NCBI GenBank assembly: GCA_964609835.1
Contig: CAZSTH010000006.1
Location: forward strand, 5,379-69,378
Length of the DNA: 64,000 nucleotides
Reading direction: 5' to 3'
DNA from: an uncultured Thermoanaerobaculia bacterium
GTDB taxonomy: Bacteria; Acidobacteriota; Thermoanaerobaculia; Thermoanaerobaculales; Sulfomarinibacteraceae
Made by a program: the position numbers and the translations under genes. Below, one piece after another: positions 17,858-25,158 of this stretch. Numbering within the stretch: the first letter of the stretch is position 1; each line of letters opens with the position of its first letter. The notes under the pieces are model-generated. The model was not told the origin of the DNA and ran no database searches. It worked only from the letters and a program-made list of their open reading frames with translations.

Positions 17858-19282
17858 ATGCATTTCACAGTCACCGCCCATGCCGCCGCCTGGACCGTGG
17901 CCGCCGCCCTGGTCCTCGGCTCCGCGAGTGCTTCCTCCTCGGACACGTTGGTCCGGGGAACCGCCACCTACCGTGAGCGCATCGCGATGCCGCCCGGTGC
18001 GGTCCTCGAGGTCACCCTCGAGGATGTCTCGCTGGCGGATGCCCCCGCAGGCGTCATCGCAAAGGTGCGGTTGGAGAACATCGGCAACCCGCCCTACGAG
18101 TTCGAGGTCCCCTACGACCCTGCGCAGATCGACGACCGGCAGACCTACGCCGTGCGGGCGCGGCTGCTGTTCGACGGGCAGCTGATGTTCACCTCGGACA
18201 CGCACCACCCGGTGCTGACACGCGGTGCGGGAGACGAGGTCGCGATGGTGCTGGTTCGAGCGGGTCTCTCCCATGGTGCCGACGCCGCCGACCGGGGTGT
18301 GGACACGGCCGGCCTGCACGACCTGCCGGCGACCTTCGAGGGCGTGCTGCCGTGCGCCGACTGCGAGGGCATCCGCTATCACCTCGATCTTTTCGAGGAC
18401 GAGGCCTTCTTCCTGCGCACGGCCTACCTCGGGCGCGGTGATGATGCGGTGTTCGACGACATCGGCTCGTGGGCCGTCTCCAGCGACGGCAGCCGGCTCG
18501 CCCTGTTCGGCGGCCGCGAAGCGCCGCTGTTGTTCCGCATCGTCGAACCGAACACCCTGCGCACGCTCGACATCGAGGGGCGCGAGATCGACTCCGATCT
18601 GAACGACGACCTCGAGCGCGCCTCGGAGTTCACCCCCATCGAGCCGCGCCTGGCGATGCGCGGCATGTACCGTTACATGGCCGACGCCGCTCTCTTCGAG
18701 GAGTGTCTGACCGGCAAGAGCCTGCCGGTGGCGATGGAGGCCGACAACATCGCCCTCGAGCGGGGCTACCGTGAGTCGGGGGTCGAGCCGGGCCAGCCGG
18801 TCCTGGTCATCCTCGAGGGTCGGCTCGCCCGACGGCCGGCGATGGAGAGCGAGGGCACCGTGCTGAGTTTGGTGCCCGAACGCTTCATCGGCGTCTGGCC
18901 CGGCGAAACCTGCGGGCCGCGAATGGCCAATGCCGAGCTGCTGAACACCTACTGGAAGCTGACCCGGGTCGGCGACGGGCCGGTGATTTTCGGCAGGCAA
19001 CAGCGCGAGCCGCACATGGTCCTGCATGCGCAGGAGAATCGTCTCAGCGGTTCCGGCGGCTGCAACCGGTTGGTGGGCGGCTTCGAGATCGACGGGCGCG
19101 AGATCGCCTTCGCCCAGATGGCGAGCACCATGATGGCGTGTCCGGAGGAGATGAACACCGAGCAGGCCTTCTCAGACGCGCTGTCCAGGGCCCGCACCTG
19201 GCGGGTGATCGGCTCGCATCTCGAGCTGTACGACGAACAGGGACAGATGGTGGCAAGGTTCGAGGCCCGGCACATGGACTGA
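17858..19282 (+). CDS. Secreted three-domain fusion: YbaY-like, NlpE N-terminal-like and META/HslJ-like domains.
   Basis: AAGGAGG lies upstream and a signal peptide is present. YRERIAMPPGAVLEVTLEDVSLADAPAGVIA is YbaY-like. FEGVLPCADCEGIRYHLDLFEDEAF is the NlpE motif. LLNTYWKLTRVG..LSGSGGCNRLVGGFEIDG..MASTMMACPEE is META-like. Confidence 0.8.
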   Translation: MHFTVTAHAAAWTVAAALVLGSASASSSDTLVRGTATYRERIAMPPGAVLEVTLEDVSLADAPAGVIAKVRLENIGNPPYEFEVPYDPAQIDDRQTYAVRARLLFDGQLMFTSDTHHPVLTRGAGDEVAMVLVRAGLSHGADAADRGVDTAGLHDLPATFEGVLPCADCEGIRYHLDLFEDEAFFLRTAYLGRGDDAVFDDIGSWAVSSDGSRLALFGGREAPLLFRIVEPNTLRTLDIEGREIDSDLNDDLERASEFTPIEPRLAMRGMYRYMADAALFEECLTGKSLPVAMEADNIALERGYRESGVEPGQPVLVILEGRLARRPAMESEGTVLSLVPERFIGVWPGETCGPRMANAELLNTYWKLTRVGDGPVIFGRQQREPHMVLHAQENRLSGSGGCNRLVGGFEIDGREIAFAQMASTMMACPEEMNTEQAFSDALSRARTWRVIGSHLELYDEQGQMVARFEARHMD

Positions 19283-19312
19283 CCAGCGAGTCGCGCGGGT
19301 TACCATGGCGCC

Positions 19313-19825
19313 ATGACCGAATCACTCAGCACCTCGGACCCCCGCACCATCCTGCGATTCGCCACCGCCGAGGACGTGCCGCTGATCCTCGACTTCATCC
19401 GCCGCCTCGCCGAGTACGAGAAGATGGCGGACGACGTGGTCGCCGACGAGCGAGGGCTCCGCGAGACCCTGTTCGGCGAGCGGCCGTCTGCGGAGGTCGT
19501 CATCGCGGAGCACGAGGGCCGTCCGGCCGGCTTCGCCCTCTTTTTCCACAACTACTCCACCTTCCTCGCCCGCCCCGGGCTCTACCTCGAGGACCTGTTC
19601 GTGGTGCCCGAGCTGCGCGGCCGGGGCATCGGGCGCGCACTGCTGGTGTGTCTGGCGTGGCTCGCGCTCGAGCGCGGCTGCGGCCGATTCGAGTGGTGGG
19701 TGCTGGACTGGAACGAGCCCGCGATCCGGTTCTACAGGCGTCTCGGCGCAGAGTCGATGGACGAGTGGACCGTATTCCGGGTCACGGGTGATGCCCTGAA
19801 GCGGCTCGCCGGTGCCGAGTCGTAA
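19313..19825 (+). CDS. GNAT-family N-acetyltransferase (diamine acetyltransferase-like).
   Basis: The matching motifs are LRFATAEDVPLILDFIRRLAEYEK and LYLEDLFVVPELRGRGIGRALL. Confidence 0.8.
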   Translation: MTESLSTSDPRTILRFATAEDVPLILDFIRRLAEYEKMADDVVADERGLRETLFGERPSAEVVIAEHEGRPAGFALFFHNYSTFLARPGLYLEDLFVVPELRGRGIGRALLVCLAWLALERGCGRFEWWVLDWNEPAIRFYRRLGAESMDEWTVFRVTGDALKRLAGAES

Positions 19826-19900
19826 TCGATTTTTTGGTTCATGTCTGCGCAATTCCCGCGGTTGAGAGACCGGAGGTTGCAACCAACGAAATCTCGGATC

Positions 19901-20455
19901 TCAAAACCAGACGACCACCATCAGGTACGCTACGGGAATCGCCAGTCCTGCGATCAGCAGCCACCCTCCCCTGCCCCCGAGCCCCTTCTTCCCGGTGATG
20001 ATGAAGATGCCGGTACCCGCCAGCACCAGAAGCCCGACGGCGTAGAGGTCGGCAAACCAGGTCCAGAAGCCCTTGCCGTGGTTGAGGTGGAGGTAGTTGA
20101 GCTCGAAGAAAGCGTAGCGCCGGCGGACGGTCTCGTCGGCCACCCGCCCATCCGGCAACGAAACGGCCAGGGTCCGCTGGTCGAGGAAGATCTTGAGCCC
20201 GTCCGGTGCCATGCGCACGACCGACCTGGGCTCCTCGCCGATCCCGAGGCGATCCAGAATCTCGCCGGCGACCCAAACAGTTGGGCCTTCCGGGAGCACG
20301 CCCACCTCCCGCACCTCGGTGCGGATGACGTAGTTGGGGTTCCAGTCCTCGATGTGGTTGACCGCCACGCCCGAGATCGCGTAGATCACCGTCAGCCCGG
20401 CAAAGAAGTAGCCGACATCGCGGTGGGTGGCGATGATCAGCTTGCGCAGCTTCAA
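19901..20455 (-). CDS. PepSY-associated TM helix protein.
   Basis: The matching motifs are MKLRKLIIATHRDVGYFFAGLTVIYAISGVAVNH and LNYLHLNHGKGFWTWFADLYAVGLLVLAGTGIFI. Confidence 0.7.
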   Translation of the reverse strand: MKLRKLIIATHRDVGYFFAGLTVIYAISGVAVNHIEDWNPNYVIRTEVREVGVLPEGPTVWVAGEILDRLGIGEEPRSVVRMAPDGLKIFLDQRTLAVSLPDGRVADETVRRRYAFFELNYLHLNHGKGFWTWFADLYAVGLLVLAGTGIFIITGKKGLGGRGGWLLIAGLAIPVAYLMVVVWF

Positions 20456-20459
20456 GTGC

Positions 20460-20981
20460 TCAGCCCTTGATGACAGCTCCGGTGCCCCGAATGAGATAGA
20501 CGTACCGGTCCTGGGCGGGAATCTCGCAGCTCATGCCGTCGCCGCCACCTTGAACCTGAGCCGGCCCGGAGCGGTCGCAGTCTTCTCCCTGCTCGTGATC
20601 GTGCGACGCCGCGGTGCGCGCTTCCAGCTGCTCGGGCGTCAGCTCGATGGCCTCGAAGACGCCCTCGGCCGAAGCCCGGTGCCCCATCGCAGTATACGGA
20701 AAGACGATCACGCCGTCCTCGACCTTGATGCGGACGCCATTCCCCGACTCGGGGTCCGTCACCTGCACCCAGCAGCCGCGCTTCTTGCACACCCCGGTGA
20801 TGACGCCGTCGACACGGATCCTGTTGCCGACGTAGTCCTGCGGGTTTTCGAGGAGGGTGTCGATGGCAACCGCCTGCTCGAGGGTGACGCCATCGCCGTA
20901 GGTCTCGGCGGCATCGCCCGCCGCGGCGGGAAGAGCGATGAACGCCAACGCCACCGCCCAGAGAATGAAGAGTCGCTGCAT
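20460..20981 (-). CDS. DUF4920-like secreted protein.
   Basis: A signal peptide is present, followed by RIRVDGVITGVCKKRGCWVQVTD..VRIKVEDGVIVFPYTAMGHRASAEG. Confidence 0.65.
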   Translation of the reverse strand: MQRLFILWAVALAFIALPAAAGDAAETYGDGVTLEQAVAIDTLLENPQDYVGNRIRVDGVITGVCKKRGCWVQVTDPESGNGVRIKVEDGVIVFPYTAMGHRASAEGVFEAIELTPEQLEARTAASHDHEQGEDCDRSGPAQVQGGGDGMSCEIPAQDRYVYLIRGTGAVIKG

Positions 20982-21047
20982 GTCGTGTTCCTCCGTTGCG
21001 CCGGTTTCGCGATCACCGCGTGATGGTGGCCGCTCGGGGGCACCGTG

Positions 21048-21737
21048 TCAAGTGAAGAGGTCGGGGCGAACCGAGCGCAACGACAGCCAACGGGTCTCCG
21101 CGACGATCAGGTGGTCGTGGACCGTCACGCCGACCACCTCACCGCCGCGCGCCAGTCGGCGGGTCAGGTCGAGGTCGTCACGGCTCGGCTCGAGGTCGCC
21201 CGACGGGTGATTGTGAAACAGCAGAACGCCGGCGGCGCGGTCGAGGAGCGCGAGGCGGAAGAGCTCGGCCCCGTCCACCGGCGCCTGGGTGCGCGTGCCC
21301 AGTGTCAGCTCGCGCATCGCCAGATACCGGTGGCGTCCGTCGAGGCACAGGAAACCGAAGATCTCGCGCCCCTCCCGGCCGAGCCGGCGAACCAGGAACT
21401 CCCCGGCCAGCTGCGGCTGGTCGAGGCGAACGGCGCTGCGAAGCTCGGCCTTGGCGATCCGCAGCCCGAGCTCGGCAGCCGCCACCAGGGTCGCCGCCTT
21501 GGCGGGCCCGATTCCGGGGCGCTCCACGAGCTCGGCCACCTCCATTCTGGAAACGCCCGCCAGTCCCCCCCAGTCGTAGAGCAGGGCGTGGGCCTCTGCG
21601 AGCGCGCCGCGACCTCGGGTGCCGGTGCGGATCAGCACCGCAATCAGCTCCGCGTCCGACAGCGACGCCGGACCGTACTCCAGGAGGCGCTCGCGCGGCC
21701 GTTGCGACGCCTCCATCTCGCGAATGAACTGTGCCAT
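21048..21737 (-). CDS. radC: RadC-like JAB/MPN domain protein.
   Basis: The N-terminus MAQFIREMEASQRPRERLLEYGPASLSDAELIAVLIRTG and the HNHPSGDLEPSRDD JAMM motif are both present. The internal ATG at 21737 was chosen over the track's 21962 start. Confidence 0.85.
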   Translation of the reverse strand: MAQFIREMEASQRPRERLLEYGPASLSDAELIAVLIRTGTRGRGALAEAHALLYDWGGLAGVSRMEVAELVERPGIGPAKAATLVAAAELGLRIAKAELRSAVRLDQPQLAGEFLVRRLGREGREIFGFLCLDGRHRYLAMRELTLGTRTQAPVDGAELFRLALLDRAAGVLLFHNHPSGDLEPSRDDLDLTRRLARGGEVVGVTVHDHLIVAETRWLSLRSVRPDLFT

Positions 21738-21915
21738 AGAGATTTCCCCGGGGACAGCCGCCCCGGCGTGGACGGGAACCGCGATTATCCTACCATCGCA
21801 CAGGTGAGAGATCCAGCAAGTGGAGAACAGTAACGAGAATCTTCCTCGACTCGGCAGGTTCGATATGGTACAAAATGGTGTCGGAACGCGGTTGCCGTGC
21901 GTAGGGGGGATTGTT

Positions 21916-22323
21916 ATGAAACAGCGTCCGAGAACCCGGGAAACCAAACAACGCAAGGTCATCTACGAGACCATCAAAAACACCTACTCCCACCCAACGG
22001 CCGACTGGGTCTTCGAGCAGGTTCGCCTGAAGCTTCCGAAGGTGTCGCTCGGCACCGTGTATCGGAATCTCAACGTGCTCAAAGAAGAGGGCCTGGTCCA
22101 CGAAATCTACGGCAACGATCGTCGCGCCCACTACGATGCCGACCTCTCGTCCCACGCCCACTTCATCTGCGAGGTCTGCGATCAGATCATTGACGTGCGC
22201 GACGCCAAGCCGGTGGACTGGCGTCCGTTGAAGGACCTGGTGGGCTGCGAGGTTCGGGACCAGAAGGTCGTCTTCACCGGCCGCTGCGCCGGATGCCGGC
22301 AGCACGCACCGAAGCAAGCATAG
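21916..22323 (+). CDS. Fur-family metalloregulator (Fur/PerR-like).
   Basis: GGGGGGA lies upstream of the ATG. The matching motifs are SLGTVYRNLNVLKEEGLV, HAHFICEVCDQ and CAGC. Confidence 0.8.
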   Translation: MKQRPRTRETKQRKVIYETIKNTYSHPTADWVFEQVRLKLPKVSLGTVYRNLNVLKEEGLVHEIYGNDRRAHYDADLSSHAHFICEVCDQIIDVRDAKPVDWRPLKDLVGCEVRDQKVVFTGRCAGCRQHAPKQA

Positions 22324-22334
22324 CTTTCAATTTT

Positions 22335-22455
22335 TAATTCTCAATTTTGAATTCTCAATGTCGGGCCCGGTCGTAGGTCCGCAACTGGCGGACTTCGCTG
22401 CCGATCGATCAGCGCGGGTGGGATCTGAGACTTGACACTTGAAAACTGAGAATCA
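22335..22455. repeat. AT-rich imperfect inverted-repeat element between convergent genes. It could be MITE-like or a long bidirectional terminator.
   Basis: The left arm is AATTCTCAATTTTGAATTCTCAATGTC (22336..22362) and contains a direct AATTCTCAAT x2. The right arm is GAGACTTGACACTTGAAAACTGAGAAT (22427..22453). About 20 of 26 positions pair, including a perfect ATTCTCA/TGAGAAT terminus. The arms flank ~64 bp of GC-rich sequence. Confidence 0.55.
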
Positions 22456-22749
22456 CTCGGCGACGACGTCTTCAATCTCCGGGACGTAGAGCTTGATCCG
22501 CTCCGCGACGAAATCACGCAGGGTCGAGCTCGCCATCGCGCAGTCGCGGCAGGCCCCGTGCAGGGTCACGCGGACCAGGCTTCCCTCGACGGCCACCAAC
22601 GACACATCGCCGCCATCGGCCCGGATGGCCGGCCGGACCTCCCGGATCGCGTAGCCGACTCGATCTTCGACGCTGCCGGTTGGCCAATCGGTCGAACACA
22701 AAACCGGACTCCTTCCGACCCGCGCAACCGGGACGGGGTGGCGTATCAT
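22453..22749 (-). CDS. NifU/Nfu-like Fe-S cluster scaffold domain protein.
   Basis: IREVRPAIRADGGDVSLVAVEGSLVRVTLHGACRDCAMASSTLRDFVAERIK matches the family. Only the last 98 codons of the track's 401-aa ORF look real. Confidence 0.7.
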   Translation of the reverse strand: MIRHPVPVARVGRSPVLCSTDWPTGSVEDRVGYAIREVRPAIRADGGDVSLVAVEGSLVRVTLHGACRDCAMASSTLRDFVAERIKLYVPEIEDVVAE

Positions 22750-22808
22750 TCCCACATGAGCCCCGGTCGCAACCGTTCGCCATTCTCCGCAGCGCCCTCG
22801 GTCGGCGC

Positions 22809-22832
22809 GAACCTTTGGCGCTCCGCCGCCGT
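22809..22832 (+). promoter_or_regulatory. Candidate ECF-sigma-type promoter (GAAC-N17-CGT).
   Basis: GAACCTTTGGCGCTCCGCCGCCGT ends 17 nt upstream of the sigma-factor ATG. Confidence 0.4.
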
Positions 22833-22848
22833 TTGTCAGAGGTGAGAG

Positions 22849-23448
22849 ATGGACATGGCAGAGCTTGAGTCCACGGTCGAGCGCTGTCGCGAAGGCGACG
22901 AGGACGCATGGGGGGCGCTGGTGAGCGCGACGCTGCAACCAATCTACCGGCTCTGCGCGAGTTATGCGCCGTCCCCCGCCGAGGCCGAGGAACTCTGCCA
23001 GGAGGTGTACTTCAAGCTGTGGGAGAACCTCCACCGCTACACGGCCGGATCGAACTTCATGGCGTGGGCGTGGCGAGTGGCGAAGAACCTGATCATCGAC
23101 TCCTACCGCCGCAGCCGGCGGGAGCGTGAAGCAGCCTGGCTTGACCCCGAGATCATCGACCAGCTCCCGTCCTCCGACGACCCGCACGAGCAGGCCGAGC
23201 GGCGTCAGCGCCTGCGGCTGATCGCCACCAGCCTGCGCCAGATCTCCGAAGAGCTCGCCGTGCTGGTGATCATGCGCGACTTCGCGGGCATGTCGTACCA
23301 GGACATGGCGGAGGCCACCGAACTGCCGCTCGGAACCGTCAAGTCGCGCCTCAACCGCGCCCGGCTCGAGCTCGCGAGCTCGGTGCGCCGCCGCGCCAAA
23401 ATCCGGGCCGTGCCGCCCGCCGGCAGGCTGGCCGGCGGGGGTGCGTGA
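22849..23448 (+). CDS. ECF (group 4) sigma-70 family factor.
   Basis: The region-2 match is LCQEVYFKLWENLHRY..FMAWAWRVAKNLIIDSYRR. The region-4 match is MSYQDMAEATELPLGTVKSRLNRAR. Confidence 0.9.
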   Translation: MDMAELESTVERCREGDEDAWGALVSATLQPIYRLCASYAPSPAEAEELCQEVYFKLWENLHRYTAGSNFMAWAWRVAKNLIIDSYRRSRREREAAWLDPEIIDQLPSSDDPHEQAERRQRLRLIATSLRQISEELAVLVIMRDFAGMSYQDMAEATELPLGTVKSRLNRARLELASSVRRRAKIRAVPPAGRLAGGGA

Positions 23449-24191
23449 TGGCTCGCTGCGCCGAGATCCGCGAGCTGCTCGGGCTGCACCTCGACAACCA
23501 GCTCCTGCCGGATCAGATCGAGCTCGTCGAGGAGCACCTCGGCTCGTGCGAGGACTGCGCTGAGCTGGCGGCGGTGGCCGACGAGATCGCCCAGGTCGGA
23601 TCCGAGCTCGCGGCCATCGAACCACCCGCCGAGCTCGCCGCCGATCTTCGGTCCACACCCTGCCGCCTGTGGCTCGGGCTGCTGTTCCAGGCCGTGGACC
23701 GCGAGATCACGCAACGCAACCTCGAACGCCTTCTCGGCCACCTCGACGGCTGCCCGGCCTGCCGGCAGTCCTGGCAGGACCTGACGCTCATCCACCAGAT
23801 CAGCGATGTCATCACACCGCCGCGGAATCTCGTCAAAAAGTGCATTTCGGCCCGTCATCACAAGCCGGCGGCGCCCGCGATCCTCAACCGCCGCCTCGCC
23901 ACCGCGGCAGCCTATGTGCTCGCCGTGCTGACGTCGCTCGTGGTCGGCAATCCGGTGACCCTCGCGCGCAGTCAGGCCGCCCCAGCCGTCGAAAGGGTGG
24001 CTCAGCAGATCACCGAGGAGGTCAGTGACGTCGCCGTGCAGGGGCGCGGCGAGCTTCGCGTCATGCTGTGGCGGCTATGGAAATGGGGCGAACGCAAGGC
24101 CGATGCCGTGCGCGATCTCGTCGCCGGAGACGATCAGCCAACCGACAAGCCGGAGCCGCTCCCCGGTTCCGAGCAGGGAGATTCTCGATGA
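23448..24191 (+). CDS. Anti-sigma factor (zf-HC2), single-pass membrane protein.
   Basis: Its start overlaps the sigma-factor stop (TGATG). EEHLGSCEDCAE and a second GHLDGCPACRQ are present, along with the TM segment AAYVLAVLTSLVVG. Confidence 0.8.
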   Translation: MARCAEIRELLGLHLDNQLLPDQIELVEEHLGSCEDCAELAAVADEIAQVGSELAAIEPPAELAADLRSTPCRLWLGLLFQAVDREITQRNLERLLGHLDGCPACRQSWQDLTLIHQISDVITPPRNLVKKCISARHHKPAAPAILNRRLATAAAYVLAVLTSLVVGNPVTLARSQAAPAVERVAQQITEEVSDVAVQGRGELRVMLWRLWKWGERKADAVRDLVAGDDQPTDKPEPLPGSEQGDSR

Positions 24192-24808
24192 ACGACATCA
24201 CCGACACCACTCACACCAACGATGCTGCCCCTGACGACGCCCCACGGGACCAAGGAGCGAAGAAGCCGATGCCACCGCTGCCGCCACCGCCAGGCGAGGC
24301 GCCGCCGTCGCCCCCGGCCCGGGAGCGAATCCCGGCCGCACCGCGCGAACCCGGCCCGCCGAAGTCTCCACCGCTGGCGGCCTTCCTGTCGGTGCTCTTC
24401 CCCGGCCTCGGCCACCTCTACGTGTGGGCCTACGAGCGCGCATTCATCATCTGGGCGACGATCGTCGTCAGCGTCTTGCTGATCATCTACGGCCTGTGGC
24501 CGTTCTCCTTCCTGATCGCGTTCGTGTACTTCTTCGCGATCTTCGACGCCTACCGCGAGGCCCAGTTCTTCAACCTTCGCGCCGATGGCGACGAGCTGCC
24601 GAAGCCCAGATCCGATAGCCAGGGCCGCCTCATGTTCGGCGTCTTCCTCGCCGTCGTCGGCACCGTCGTCCTCGCCGACAAGCTCGACCTCTTCGACATG
24701 GACTGGATCTACGACTGGTGGCCGGTGCCGGTGCTGCTGCTCGGCATCTACTTCATCGTCGCCGCGGTCAGGGACCGCGCGAAGAAGCGGCGCGAGCTCG
24801 ACGAATAA
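24188..24808 (+). CDS. Pro-rich membrane protein with TM2-like and LiaF-like TM segments.
   Basis: An ATGA overlap couples it to the anti-sigma gene. The matching motifs are FLSVLFPGLGHLYVWAYERAF and FGVFLAVVGTVVLADKLDLFDMDWIYDWWPVPVLLLGIYFIV. Confidence 0.7.
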   Translation: MNDITDTTHTNDAAPDDAPRDQGAKKPMPPLPPPPGEAPPSPPARERIPAAPREPGPPKSPPLAAFLSVLFPGLGHLYVWAYERAFIIWATIVVSVLLIIYGLWPFSFLIAFVYFFAIFDAYREAQFFNLRADGDELPKPRSDSQGRLMFGVFLAVVGTVVLADKLDLFDMDWIYDWWPVPVLLLGIYFIVAAVRDRAKKRRELDE

Positions 24809-25158
24809 AATGCCGTTCCACCAAAGGGCTTTCGATGACGAGAGCCCGCACGATTCAGGATGAGTCGCCGCTGGCGTCGCTGGGAGCAGGGTACGCGTTG
24901 ATTCCGCACGGAAAACTGGCCGAGGCGAACTCCCGGCGGGACCAGCGAACGAACCGAGAACTCGCAGCTAAACGTCGAGTAAAGCAGTCTGCTGCAGGTG
25001 GGCCACGGAGAATACGGGGTTGCGGTCACGGCAGCGCGCCCGCGTCTCCGGTGCGAGGACGCGTGGTACTCTCGGAATTGGTATTCGACCACGTTCGATG
25101 CGCCGGTCGAGGTCCCGGAGCCGATCTCGGCCACGCGAAAGGGGTTCACGCCGTGGCC

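Noticed and set aside
12681-19027. Long overlapping track ORFs: 12681..14357(+), 13282..15549(+), 15644..16951(+), 15699..16964(+), 15714..16700(-), 17690..19027(-), and the first two-thirds of 15925..17787(+).
   Set aside because: All are Arg/Pro/Ala-rich shadows lying opposite, or out of frame to, genes with clear motifs (polyferredoxin, EcfT-NTPase, ABC ATPase, YbaY-NlpE-META). Only the TerC part (16990..17787) of the last ORF is credible.
13747-22354. A shared AATTTTGAAT 10-mer near 13750 (minus strand) and 22345, as evidence of a dispersed repeat family.
   Set aside because: The match is too short, and the flanking sequences do not align convincingly. It is mentioned only as a pointer for a genome-wide search.
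24809-25158. The 350-bp spacer upstream of the S8/S53 peptidase as a pseudogene or small gene. One minus-strand frame reads ..NPFRVAEIGSGTSTGASNVVEYQF.. with high third-position GC.
   Set aside because: It has no start or stop structure and no recognisable motif, and the compositional signal fades after ~50 codons. I cannot support a feature call and have left it as unassigned sequence.
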